Below, piece after piece: positions 31,325-41,285 of a DNA stretch of 64,000 bases (its first letter is position 1; each line of letters begins with the position of its first letter). The notes below the pieces were generated by a model. It was given only the letters and a program-made list of their open reading frames with translations, did not search any database and had not been told where the DNA came from. The DNA comes from Obrimoposthia wandeli (lineage: Eukaryota). The DNA lies in NCBI GenBank assembly GCA_977020255.1, contig CDROCS010000410.1:1-64000 (forward strand), given 5' to 3'. The position numbers and the translations under genes were made by a program.

Positions 31325-32475
31325 AGTGCTTCTCCTGTATTTACATTGCTGCCCTTCAATGCATCTTTCAAATGAGTCAGTAATAAATCAATGTCAGCGA
31401 TCGTATGATTGGCTGATAAGGTAATGCGTAATCGAGAGGTACCAACGGGCACAGTCGGCGGCCTGATGGCTTTAACAAGCAGTCCGTGTTCCGCAAGTAA
31501 TTGACTTATGCGCATGGCTTTACAGGCATCACCAATCAGTAAAGGTTGAATAGCCGTATCAGAGGGCATTAGTGCAATATTACGTAAAAAACATTGCTGT
31601 TTGAAATAACAAATAAGCTGGTTTAAATGGTTTACCCGCCACGTCTCAGTCATCATGATGGTTAACGCTTTGTCTATACATAACGCCATTGCACCAGGCA
31701 TAGCAGTCGAGTAAATATAAGGTTTGGAAAAGTTAACTAAATACTCAATAACATCTTTTGATGCCGCGACAAACGCCCCAGACACACCAACGGCCTTGCC
31801 AAATGTTGCCATGTACAAATCAACATCTTGGGCTAATAAGTCATGCTGCTTAAGGCTATTTTGACCCTGTGGTAATACCCCAAAGCCATGCGCATCATCA
31901 ACTAACAGCCAACTATCATGGGCTTTACATTGCTGACTAACGCCCTGTAAATCAGCCATATCACCATCCATGCTAAACACACCTTCGGTAACAACCAGAG
32001 AGTTAGTATGTGTAGCACGGTATTGCTTGAGTATCTGCGCAAGATGGACACTGTCATTATGCTTAAACCGTTTCATGGTTGCAGGGGAATATACACCCGC
32101 CTCCATTAGTGACGCGTGGTTAAGCTTGTCCTGTATCAGCAAATCATTTTTATTCAACAAGGCTTTAATCAGGGCTTGATTAGCACTGTAGCCCGAGTTA
32201 AATAATAAACTTGATTCAAAGCCGGTGATCTCGGCTAACTTTTCTTCCAGTGCCGCATGTGCATGACTATAACCGGACACCAAAGCAGAACCACCGCTGC
32301 CCACACCATATTCATTGGCGCCACGTTGCCAAGCTGCAATAACCTCGGGGTGTGTTGATAACCCCAGATAATCATTGGCGCAAAAATTAATAACGTCATG
32401 GTTGATAGATCGCGTGCGTAATAATGACTGGGATTCTTGAGTACGTAATGCTTGGGTAATAAATTCAAACGCCAT
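31321..32475 (-). CDS. bioF: 8-amino-7-oxononanoate synthase
   Basis: NDYLGL, GSGGS, DKLNHASL, VDDAHG, PLP Lys in TFGKA, IRPPTVP. Confidence 0.96.
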   Translation of the reverse strand: MAFEFITQALRTQESQSLLRTRSINHDVINFCANDYLGLSTHPEVIAAWQRGANEYGVGSGGSALVSGYSHAHAALEEKLAEITGFESSLLFNSGYSANQALIKALLNKNDLLIQDKLNHASLMEAGVYSPATMKRFKHNDSVHLAQILKQYRATHTNSLVVTEGVFSMDGDMADLQGVSQQCKAHDSWLLVDDAHGFGVLPQGQNSLKQHDLLAQDVDLYMATFGKAVGVSGAFVAASKDVIEYLVNFSKPYIYSTAMPGAMALCIDKALTIMMTETWRVNHLNQLICYFKQQCFLRNIALMPSDTAIQPLLIGDACKAMRISQLLAEHGLLVKAIRPPTVPVGTSRLRITLSANHTIADIDLLLTHLKDALKGSNVNTGEAL

Positions 32476-33572
32476 TAAAGTACTGCGCTCTTTTCACTCA
32501 CCGCACTAGCGTCGTAAACCTTATCACTCACAACGCTAGCGTCGTAAAACAGGGACGGCGATGCCTGTTCAGCAATTTCATCAAGCAATTGTGCAGATTG
32601 TGCTTCATCACTCGCTTCACGAATACGTGCAGGGTGTAGACCTAACTTGTTAAATAAACGTTTATCACTGTCTTCATCTGGATTATCTGTAGTAAGTAAC
32701 TTACAACCGTAGAAAATCGAGTTAGCACCCGCCATGAAACACATAGCTTGGGTTTGTTCACTCATCGCTTCACGTCCTGCAGATAAACGAACATACGATT
32801 TAGGCATGATGATACGTGCAACAGCAATAGTACGAACAAATTCGAATGCATCTAAGTCATCTACATCTGCAAGCGGTGTACCAGCCACTTTAACTAACAT
32901 ATTAATCGGTACGCTTTCAGGGTGATGCGGTAAATTAGCCAATGACTTAAGCAGGCCAAAACGGTCTTGTTGTTGTTCCCCCATACCAACGATACCACCA
33001 GAGCACACTTTCATACCGGCTTCACGGACGTGATCTAAAGTGTCTAAACGATCTTGATAAGTACGTGTCGTGATGATCTGTTCATAATACTCTTCAGACG
33101 TATCTAAGTTATGGTTGTAATAATCGAGTCCCGCTTTAGACAATGACTGCGCTTGATCGGGTGCTAACATACCCAGTGTCATGCAAGTTTCCAAACCCAT
33201 CGCTTTAACACCTTTAACCATATCGATTAAGTAAGGCATATCGCGTTTATGTGGATTTTTCCATGCAGCGCCCATACAAAAACGACTCGCGCCATTTTCT
33301 TTTGCTTCAGCAGCACGCGTCAGTACAGTTTCAACTTGCATCAAACGTTCTTTTTCAATCCCTGTGGTATAACGCGCACTCTGCGGACAGTACTTGCAAT
33401 CTTCCGGGCAAGCGCCGGTTTTGATTGATAGCAGTGTACTAATCTGCACACTGTTTGGATCAAAATTTTGACGGTGTGCCGTTTGAGCCTGAAACATCAA
33501 ATCATTAAACGGTTGGTTAAAAAGTGCTTCAATCTCATCAATTTGCCAATCATGGCGAACACGGTTAGTCAT
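32475..33572 (-). CDS. bioB: Biotin synthase (radical SAM)
   Basis: [33 protein letters not shown]. Confidence 0.98.
   Translation of the reverse strand: MTNRVRHDWQIDEIEALFNQPFNDLMFQAQTAHRQNFDPNSVQISTLLSIKTGACPEDCKYCPQSARYTTGIEKERLMQVETVLTRAAEAKENGASRFCMGAAWKNPHKRDMPYLIDMVKGVKAMGLETCMTLGMLAPDQAQSLSKAGLDYYNHNLDTSEEYYEQIITTRTYQDRLDTLDHVREAGMKVCSGGIVGMGEQQQDRFGLLKSLANLPHHPESVPINMLVKVAGTPLADVDDLDAFEFVRTIAVARIIMPKSYVRLSAGREAMSEQTQAMCFMAGANSIFYGCKLLTTDNPDEDSDKRLFNKLGLHPARIREASDEAQSAQLLDEIAEQASPSLFYDASVVSDKVYDASAVSEKSAVL
32491..32550 (-). repeat. 30-nt in-frame tandem duplication in the bioB 3' end
   Basis: ttttcactcaccgcactagcgtcgtaaacc / ttatcactcacaacgctagcgtcgtaaaac; encodes YDASVVSDK and YDASAVSEK. 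Confidence 0.85.
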
Positions 33573-33631
33573 CTAAAATCCTTTATTTGAATTTGTGCGT
33601 AAACTCGATTAGTCTATCCAGCATAACCGCA

Positions 33632-33664
33632 AGGTCAACCAAATGCTAAAATAAAGGTTTACAA
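33632..33664. promoter_or_regulatory. BirA (biotin) operator
   Basis: aGGTCAACC-N15-GGTTTACAA, matching the TGTAAACC-N14/15-GGTTTACA consensus, between divergent bioB and bioA. Confidence 0.8.
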
Positions 33665-34959
33665 TGACTCAGAAAATGAACGATAACTTAATGAAGTTCG
33701 ACCAGCAACACATCTGGCACCCATATACTTCAATGACAAAGCCTTTACCTTGTTATCACGTAGAAAGCGCCAATGGTGTTTATTTAACATTAAATGACGG
33801 CACACAGCTCATCGATGGCATGTCTTCTTGGTGGGCATCGATTCATGGCTACAACGTCCCCGCGTTAAATCAAGCACTGCAGGTCCAAGCAAGTAAAATG
33901 TCGCATGTCATGTTTGGTGGTATCACCCATACTCCAGCAATAAATCTATGCCAAAAATTGGTTGATATCACCCCTGCTGGTTTAGAGTGTGTATTCTTGT
34001 CAGATTCAGGGTCAGTGAGTGTCGAAGTTGCCATGAAAATGGCTATTCAATATTGGCACCATCAGCAACCAACCAAGAAAAAATTTGTCACCATACGTAA
34101 TGGTTATCACGGTGATACTTTTGGCGCGATGTCAGTTTGCGATCCCGATAATGGTATGCACGAATTATTTACTGGTTTTCTAGCCCCACAATTCTTTATT
34201 AACGCACCTAGCATCAAGTTTGATGAGCCATGGCAAGACAGCGAAATGCAAAATTTAGCTGATACCTTGGCTGAAAATCATCAACACATTGCCGCATTTA
34301 TCTTAGAGCCAATCGTACAAGGTGCTGGTGGCATGAAGTTTTATCATCCTGAATTTTTACGTCAGGCTAAATTACTCTGTGAACGTTACGAGGTCTTGCT
34401 GATTGCCGATGAGATTGCCACCGGCTTTGGGCGTACCGGTAAGTTATTTGCCTGTGAACACGCCGCTATCACTCCAGATATTATGTGCCTAGGTAAAGGC
34501 ATTACTGGTGGTTATATGACCCTAGCTTCCACGCTAACAACCCGACACGTAGCCGAAACGATCAGCAATGGTCCAAGTGGTGTATTGATGCACGGTCCAA
34601 CGTTTATGGGCAATCCCCTCGCCTGCGCAGTCGCCAATGCCAGTATTGATTTGTTAATGACCAGCGATTGGCAGCAACAGGTGCAAGGCATTGAAAAGCA
34701 AATGCAACAAGCATTATTACCACTGACCGAACATGATAATGTCACCGATGCACGTGTATTGGGTAGTATTGGCGTGATTGAAACCGCGCGCTCTATCGAT
34801 CTGGCGAAAGCACAGGTTGTGTTTGTTGAATTAGGCGTGTGGATCAGACCGTTTGGTAAGCTGTTGTATATCATGCCTCCGTATATTATTTCGCCAGCCG
34901 AGTTGGATAAGTTATGTGGCGTAATCAAACAAGTACTTGATGCTGATATTTGGGCTTAA
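33664..34959 (+). CDS. bioA: Adenosylmethionine-8-amino-7-oxononanoate aminotransferase
   Basis: HIWHPYTSM, DGMSSWW, YHGDTFG, IADEIATGFGRTG, CLGKG, HGPTFMGNPLA. Confidence 0.97.
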   Translation: MTQKMNDNLMKFDQQHIWHPYTSMTKPLPCYHVESANGVYLTLNDGTQLIDGMSSWWASIHGYNVPALNQALQVQASKMSHVMFGGITHTPAINLCQKLVDITPAGLECVFLSDSGSVSVEVAMKMAIQYWHHQQPTKKKFVTIRNGYHGDTFGAMSVCDPDNGMHELFTGFLAPQFFINAPSIKFDEPWQDSEMQNLADTLAENHQHIAAFILEPIVQGAGGMKFYHPEFLRQAKLLCERYEVLLIADEIATGFGRTGKLFACEHAAITPDIMCLGKGITGGYMTLASTLTTRHVAETISNGPSGVLMHGPTFMGNPLACAVANASIDLLMTSDWQQQVQGIEKQMQQALLPLTEHDNVTDARVLGSIGVIETARSIDLAKAQVVFVELGVWIRPFGKLLYIMPPYIISPAELDKLCGVIKQVLDADIWA

Positions 34960-35087
34960 TCACATTACGTGTTTTAAAAAGATTGTTTTAGTTTCATAAC
35001 AAAAATCAATTAGATTAGATTTCCGTTTAACTTGCAATATCAGCAAAATAAGCTTTGCTAAACTAAGGGTATCAGTCGATCAATATC

Positions 35088-35123
35088 ACAAACGACCTGA
35101 CAAACGATTTGACAAAAAGATAC
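35088..35123 (+). repeat. Three direct repeats, 12-nt period, upstream of the 125-aa ORF
   Basis: ACAAACGAcctg ACAAACGAtttg ACAAAaaGAtac. Confidence 0.6.
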
Positions 35124-35235
35124 CGCATAATTGCCAAGATAATGAGACCAATGAATGGCTAGTAGTAAATAGTTATTGGCTACACGTTACTCATGCATCA
35201 TTACCTTGGCTTAATTTTAGTTTGCGAGGTTATTT

Positions 35236-35613
35236 ATGTTCATTACTTTCTTGATAGTCAGCTTAAGTTTAATTAGTTTTTCAGCTATCTCCTATATTAT
35301 TTACATTAAGATAATTGAACCGCTTGCAAGTATTACTGGTTACATTCATGAAGCCAAATTTGAGCATGACATTATTAATAAACTTGAACATGCAACAGAC
35401 TCGCATGGTTTGTCTGAACGTTACAATTTAATGCTCGATAACAACATTAGCGAATCGAACTATTTTGAAAAACTAGAGCAAAGTTTAAAACAGCGTACTG
35501 CTCAAAACGCAAATAGCCAACGCCCCGATAACCAATCAATTAAACTAAGCAGCAGCATATTAAATCAAGCGAGTTTACTGCGACAAAAGAAAAAACAAAT
35601 TAATTATCATTAG
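35236..35613 (+). CDS. Small TM plus degenerate HAMP-like/coiled-coil protein
   Basis: GAGGT RBS; N-terminal TM; IIEPLASI...LSERYNLMLD resembles HAMP P-L...FNxM; no output domain. Confidence 0.6.
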   Translation: MFITFLIVSLSLISFSAISYIIYIKIIEPLASITGYIHEAKFEHDIINKLEHATDSHGLSERYNLMLDNNISESNYFEKLEQSLKQRTAQNANSQRPDNQSIKLSSSILNQASLLRQKKKQINYH

Positions 35614-35782
35614 GATCCTTAATAAATTGCCAATATCAGTGTTAATTTACTAAATAATAAGCAAACAAAATGATTTTTCATTGTTTTTACTTGTATACTG
35701 AAACTGCAAAGGTAATATAACCTTACTTAAATAAACATTTTTCGCTCAGCAAGAGCTTTTTATGCTGGAGAGCAATAATCCT

Positions 35783-37183
35783 ATGACGCATTCGTCAGTT
35801 AAAGATATTTTTGCCGGTAAATTCCCGGTAGGTAGCACAGTTACAACGAAAGGCTGGATCCGCACACGTCGTGATTCTAAAGCTGGTATTTCTTTCTTAG
35901 CAATTTACGATGGTTCGTGTTTCGATCCTATCCAAGCAGTTGTAAGTAAAGATTTACCGAACTACGAAGCAGACGTATTAAATCTTACTGCTAGTTGTTC
36001 AGTTGAAGTTACTGGTGTTGTTGTTGAATCACCAGGTAAAGGTCAATCATTCGAAATCCAAGCAACAGAAGTTATTGTGCTTGGTTTAGTAGAAGACCCT
36101 GACACTTACCCTATGTCAGCTAAACGTCACAGCATCGAATACCTTCGTGAACACGCTCACCTACGTGGCCGTACTAACGTTATGGGTGCGGTTATGCGTG
36201 TTCGTAACTGTTTATCACAAGCTATTCACCGTTTTTACCATGAAAATGGTTATAACTGGTTAAGCACACCGCTTATCACTGGTAGTGATTGTGAAGGTGC
36301 TGGTGAAATGTTCCGTGTAAGTACACTGGATATGAATAACCTGCCTTTAACTGATAAAGGTGAAGTTGATTACAAAGAAGACTTCTTTGGTAAAGAAACA
36401 TTCCTAACAGTATCTGGTCAGCTTAACGCTGAAACTTATGCTTGTGCGATTGGTAAAGTTTATACTTTCGGCCCGACTTTCCGTGCTGAAAACTCAAACA
36501 CAACTCGTCACCTTGCTGAATTCTGGATGGTTGAACCTGAGATTGCATTTGCAGACTTAGACGATGCAGCTAAACTAGCTGAAGATATGCTTAAATATTG
36601 CTTTAAAGCAGTACTAGAAGAACGTATGGATGACATGCAATTCTTCGCACAGCGTATCAACAAAGAAGCAATTACACGTTTAGAAAGCTTTGTAGAATCT
36701 GACTTTGCACAAATCGATTACACTGATGCAATTAAGATCTTAGAAGAATGTGGTCAAGAATTCGAATTCCCAGTTTCTTGGGGTATAGATATGTCTTCTG
36801 AGCACGAACGTTACCTTGCTGAAGTTCACTTCAAAGCACCTGTTGTTGTTAAAAACTACCCGAAAGATATTAAATCATTCTACATGCGTATGAATGAAGA
36901 CGGTAAAACAGTTGCTGCAATGGACGTACTTGCACCAGGCATCGGCGAAATCATCGGTGGTAGCCAACGTGAAGAACGTTTAGATATGCTTGATAAGCGT
37001 ATGGAAGAAATGGGCTTAAACAAAGAAGATTACTGGTGGTACCGCGACCTACGTCGTTTTGGTACAGTGCCACATTCTGGTTTCGGTCTAGGCTTCGAGC
37101 GTTTAGTGTCTTATGTAACTGGTATGCAAAATATCCGTGACGTAATTCCTTTCCCACGTGCACCACGCACTGCGGAATTCTAA
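35783..37183 (+). CDS. asnS: Asparagine--tRNA ligase
   Basis: [50 protein letters not shown]; 466 aa from MTHSS (ORF track starts at 35762). Confidence 0.98.
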   Translation: MTHSSVKDIFAGKFPVGSTVTTKGWIRTRRDSKAGISFLAIYDGSCFDPIQAVVSKDLPNYEADVLNLTASCSVEVTGVVVESPGKGQSFEIQATEVIVLGLVEDPDTYPMSAKRHSIEYLREHAHLRGRTNVMGAVMRVRNCLSQAIHRFYHENGYNWLSTPLITGSDCEGAGEMFRVSTLDMNNLPLTDKGEVDYKEDFFGKETFLTVSGQLNAETYACAIGKVYTFGPTFRAENSNTTRHLAEFWMVEPEIAFADLDDAAKLAEDMLKYCFKAVLEERMDDMQFFAQRINKEAITRLESFVESDFAQIDYTDAIKILEECGQEFEFPVSWGIDMSSEHERYLAEVHFKAPVVVKNYPKDIKSFYMRMNEDGKTVAAMDVLAPGIGEIIGGSQREERLDMLDKRMEEMGLNKEDYWWYRDLRRFGTVPHSGFGLGFERLVSYVTGMQNIRDVIPFPRAPRTAEF

Positions 37184-37241
37184 TTTAAGCACTTATTTTT
37201 TAATTTAGCATTTATATCTAACTTAAAAAATAGCTTAAAAC

Positions 37242-37286
37242 AAAAAGGCTGGTGAGATAATTATTTATCTTACCAGCCTTTTTTTT
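37242..37286. terminator. Bidirectional terminator after asnS
   Basis: AAAAAGGCTGGTGAGATAA-loop-TTATCTTACCAGCCTTTTTTTT. Confidence 0.85.
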
Positions 37287-37368
37287 GACTGTTATTTTAC
37301 TGTAATACTTATTCAATACTCATGGCATTTACAATACATCAGTCATCAATGAGTTATGCGCGTAGCGA

Positions 37369-37518
37369 TTAACCTTCGATGTTAATCAAGTTCATTACCA
37401 TCAATTTTCGAATTACACTTACATACATAACATTGATGTTAGCAATCTTAGTTACGTTAGTTAAAGAGTGACCTGCTTTCAATAATTCAATTGTTTGTAA
37501 TACTTGTTCTTTATTCAT
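37369..37518 (-). CDS. Small 49-aa HTH-like protein
   Basis: GAGG RBS before ATG at 37518; MNKEQVLQTIELLKAGHSLTNVTKIANINVMYVSVIRK matches the pattern helix-LxxGxS-x2-IA-x5-VSxI of small HTH domains. Confidence 0.6.
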   Translation of the reverse strand: MNKEQVLQTIELLKAGHSLTNVTKIANINVMYVSVIRKLMVMNLINIEG

Positions 37519-37704
37519 AATAGCCTCGGTAGTGCGTTTGATTTGGTTTATGCGGCTATAATAAAGAGTTTTATAATTCAGCATATATCATATTCAGAAG
37601 TTTTTCTGAAGATGATATATTTCAACTAAATTAATGCAAATAAATACAAAAAACCATAAAAATACATATCAAAAGATTATGTTTACAGCTGTTTAACGCT
37701 ATTC

Positions 37705-38613
37705 CTATGTGGTTATTTGCTGTTTTATAAAGCTAACAATCTGCTTTACTGCTGCTTTACTTTCAGGCAGTTGTTCAAATAAAGGAAATACGTGGGGCAT
37801 TTCACGCCAAATTTGTAAATGCGCTTCAACACCTTGCGCTTGCATAAACTCAGCGAGACGTGTTGAATCATCACGCATTAACTCAGTGCTGCCAGCATGT
37901 AACATAAACGGTGGAAAACCAGTAAAGTCACCAAACAAAGGTGAGATATCTTCATTGTGTAAGTCATCATTGCGACCTTCTAAATAAAGATTACGACAAT
38001 GTAGCATCACTTCTAAACTAAACAGCGCATCACTATAACGATTCTCAACCGCAGATAGACCACTCTGTGTCATATCCGCATTTGGTGATAACACCACACC
38101 ACATTTCGGCATAGCCAGGCCATCGCGTTTGGCGCGATGCAATAACGCTAACACCAAGTTACCACCGGCTGAATCACCAGCAACGATAATATCTTCAGGC
38201 GCAGTACCAGAATCAAGTAATGACTTATAAATGATATAACAACAATCAAGTGCTGCAGGGAAAGGATGTTCAGGTGCAAGCGGATAATCAGGTACGATAG
38301 CGTGTAAATCTAACGGTTCAACTAAGCGAGCAATGAAATTGTTATGCATCGCGGGGGTTTTAAAGACAAACGCGCCACCATGTAAATACAGTAGTTTTGT
38401 CTTACTTTTTGAATATTTTAGTTTTATTTCATCACACAAGATACCTTCACGCATAGACTGAGTCAGTTCTATTTTACTGCTCATACCAAATGTGAATTTA
38501 TCCAGTGCACGCATCTGAAAGCGCAGTTTATTAGCATCTTTGGTATTTTCAATTGAACGTTTTACTGTTTGTTTTAAAAATAAATTCAATGCTTTGGCTT
38601 GCCAACTAATCAA
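37705..38613 (-). CDS. Hormone-sensitive-lipase-family (family IV) esterase/lipase
   Basis: Oxyanion HGGA, DYPLAPEHPFPAA, nucleophile GDSAGG, catalytic D (MRDDS) and H (HVF); TTG start. Confidence 0.92.
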   Translation of the reverse strand: MISWQAKALNLFLKQTVKRSIENTKDANKLRFQMRALDKFTFGMSSKIELTQSMREGILCDEIKLKYSKSKTKLLYLHGGAFVFKTPAMHNNFIARLVEPLDLHAIVPDYPLAPEHPFPAALDCCYIIYKSLLDSGTAPEDIIVAGDSAGGNLVLALLHRAKRDGLAMPKCGVVLSPNADMTQSGLSAVENRYSDALFSLEVMLHCRNLYLEGRNDDLHNEDISPLFGDFTGFPPFMLHAGSTELMRDDSTRLAEFMQAQGVEAHLQIWREMPHVFPLFEQLPESKAAVKQIVSFIKQQITT

Positions 38614-38818
38614 AATAACCTCTAATCTTTATGTCTATAGCAGAAATACTAGCAATACAACTCAGTCGCTTAGGCTAAGACATAACACTAACCCTACGCA
38701 CACATTTCTAAACCGTATGAATTAATAAATACGTAACCTATCAAAGGTAGCATGAAATATAGTAAATGATATAGCAAAGAAATATGCAAAGATGGCAACT
38801 AGGTTACCATCTTTGGTG

Positions 38819-40213
38819 TTAACGTGAAGAAATGAGAACTGAGTGTTGTTTGGCATTATCCAGGATCTCATCTGATAAAATACCGCAAGCAGCCTCAACA
38901 TGACGAGATAATATATCTAAATCAGGTAACTCATTCTTGCAACCTACCAGACCGAAAAATACTTCCTCATGATAACTATACAAGGTAATATTCAACGCAG
39001 TACCAGCTGACAATACAGACACAGGGTAAACTTCTGTTAGTTTAGCACCAGCAAGGTACGCAATATCTTGTTGCCCTCGCACATTAGAGACAAGCACAGA
39101 TCCTAGCGGCGGTAAGAACTTAGAAATACCCAACCATTCCGAAATTGATGCGCTTGCCTGAATCAATAATGAAAAATTCACCACCGATTCCGCTGACAAA
39201 CTAAACAAATCTTCTTTAACGCTACTTGTCCGTTTAAAAATGGTTTCCAAATGCTCTAGTGCATCTGCATCAACATTACCAAGTTCAACCCCAGTTAGCG
39301 CATTTCGGCGGCCGTTACCAATCCGAACCGGTACTTGAGCAACTAATGGTTTACGTAATAAAATACCTTTTTCTTTCAAATAACGATTCAGGCCTATATC
39401 AACACAACATAAGATCACATCATTTAACGTTACGCCGGTTATCTTACTAATCGATCGCATTTTTTCAAACGGTAGACGTCCAAAAGATACAATACGTGAG
39501 CGTGTAGCGGGAACCGAGAAAGGCGTTCTAGGCGCGCAAAATGGTAATGCCGGACCTTCATCACGAAGATTTAGAAATTTTAATCCCATACGTGTGCTTA
39601 ATCGAATAAGACCAGGTATAGATTTTAATTGCTTTAAACCATTAACATACGCTGACAAAGCGTTTTCAATCATCCCAGCAGAATCTTTATAACCAGGACG
39701 AAATGATGGGATCTGCCAAAATGGGCGATAATCATTGACCGATTGATCGCTTTGTAAATAACCAGATAACCAGCTGTTCGCCATTTTTCCATCAGCCATT
39801 GCATAATGAATTTTAGTGAAAATAGCAAAACGGCCTTCAGATAAACCTTCAATCAAATAGACTTCCCACAATGGACGTGTTCTATCAATCAAATGTGAAT
39901 GCAGACGTTCAACTAAATCACGTAATTGTTCATCACTGCCTTCACCTGGTAGCATGGACATTCGAATGTGATAGTTAAAATCGAACTGGCTATCGTGTAT
40001 CCAGTAATATAGTCCACCTAGGCTTTTCTTTAATTTAAAGTTAAAAGGTGTCGCTACAGCGGGATCCATAATTAACTTTTGAAATAGATCGCGAGCAAAA
40101 TTACCTTCGTAATCTTTTGGCGGTTCAAAAATTTGCAGCCCTGAAAAATGTTTCGGACTTGCAGTGCTCTCACTCAATAAAAATGAGGTTTCAACCAGTG
40201 ATAATTGTTCCAT
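38819..40213 (-). CDS. Wax ester synthase/diacylglycerol acyltransferase (WS/DGAT) family protein with a variant active-site motif
   Basis: LSLVETSFL, LIDRTRPLWEVYLIEGL, motif HYAMADG, TLNDVIL, SNVRG..YLAGAKL, ALNITLYSY. Confidence 0.88.
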   Translation of the reverse strand: MEQLSLVETSFLLSESTASPKHFSGLQIFEPPKDYEGNFARDLFQKLIMDPAVATPFNFKLKKSLGGLYYWIHDSQFDFNYHIRMSMLPGEGSDEQLRDLVERLHSHLIDRTRPLWEVYLIEGLSEGRFAIFTKIHYAMADGKMANSWLSGYLQSDQSVNDYRPFWQIPSFRPGYKDSAGMIENALSAYVNGLKQLKSIPGLIRLSTRMGLKFLNLRDEGPALPFCAPRTPFSVPATRSRIVSFGRLPFEKMRSISKITGVTLNDVILCCVDIGLNRYLKEKGILLRKPLVAQVPVRIGNGRRNALTGVELGNVDADALEHLETIFKRTSSVKEDLFSLSAESVVNFSLLIQASASISEWLGISKFLPPLGSVLVSNVRGQQDIAYLAGAKLTEVYPVSVLSAGTALNITLYSYHEEVFFGLVGCKNELPDLDILSRHVEAACGILSDEILDNAKQHSVLISSR

Positions 40214-40234
40214 AATATCAAACCTTACCGTGCT

Positions 40235-40531
40235 TTATCTATATGAACATGCTGCGGCAGGCAACAGTTCATCCAGTGTTTCTTCAATGCTTTGCTTTAA
40301 CACAAAACTGACTGGAAACAGCAGGATCCCTAATTTCAATTTGATTCTGATACTTTCAGTATCCGCATGTAAATACCCTCGGGTATGCGCATGTTGAATA
40401 TGAAGTTTATCACCTTGCCATTCTAATTTGAGGTCATATTCTTGTGCTATATCAACCATTACTTTATCTGCGATACGAATAATTTGATGATGTGGCAAAC
40501 TATGATCACGAATGATTTCAATACTACCCAT
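40235..40531 (-). CDS. Putative polyhydroxyalkanoate-system (PHA_gran_rgn) protein
   Basis: IEIIRDHSL...YDLKLEWQGD..GYL...IKLGILL..IEETLD; GGAG RBS before ATG 40531; ends 21 nt before the WS/DGAT start. Confidence 0.75.
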   Translation of the reverse strand: MGSIEIIRDHSLPHHQIIRIADKVMVDIAQEYDLKLEWQGDKLHIQHAHTRGYLHADTESIRIKLKLGILLFPVSFVLKQSIEETLDELLPAAACSYR

Positions 40532-40687
40532 AATGTACTCCACTCGCTGATTACAACGTTAACGAGTTGTTAATCTAATGGCGATATTATAGATAAAATA
40601 ACTAGAAAGCGCTTACTAAATCAAGTAGCAAGGCTAGTTGGAAGAATGGCATTAAAATGCGCATTTAATTGAGAGTTTAATGCAGAA

Positions 40688-41224
40688 TTAACTAATGCTT
40701 TTATCTTCAACATCTTGATTATTATTAGTTAATAGCACTAACCAAAACCCTGCGGATGTGAATATAGCATGCCGCCACCATGACAACGTTGCTGTATTTA
40801 AATGTGATAATTGTGATGCAATCCCCCATAGCAACGCCGTTCTAAAGCGTCCACGGGTATAATTATTCACCAATAATGTGGCAATCAAAATCAAAGCGCG
40901 ACGTAATTGCGGGCTTGTGACTTTAACGCCACATACTTCATGCACGAAATGCTCGCAGTTATTGTTCAACAAATGATAACGTTTTTGATCCGCGATCAAT
41001 TGCTGTGCATTCACAATAATATCATCGGCAGGTAAACTACCTGGTAAAAAGCCATGATCGATAATGATCTTTTCATCTGAAAAATCACTCAAACTAACCA
41101 AACCTCGTCCAGAGCGAGAACGAGAATTCTCGAAAACATGACCACAGCCATCCGAGATACCAACGTGATGGTAAAGTGGAAATTGTACGCTAAGTAAATG
41201 TCCTTTTGGATATTGTGCAGTCAT
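40688..41224 (-). CDS. LRAT/NC-domain (permuted NlpC/P60) acyltransferase/phospholipase-like protein
   Basis: YHHVGI and YHLLNNNCEHF catalytic signatures; hydrophobic C-terminus. Confidence 0.8.
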   Translation of the reverse strand: MTAQYPKGHLLSVQFPLYHHVGISDGCGHVFENSRSRSGRGLVSLSDFSDEKIIIDHGFLPGSLPADDIIVNAQQLIADQKRYHLLNNNCEHFVHEVCGVKVTSPQLRRALILIATLLVNNYTRGRFRTALLWGIASQLSHLNTATLSWWRHAIFTSAGFWLVLLTNNNQDVEDKSIS

Positions 41225-41285
41225 CTTAATTCCTCAGTGATTATGCTTATTGCGATTACAAATAGTGCATGTAATTCAGTTCTTG

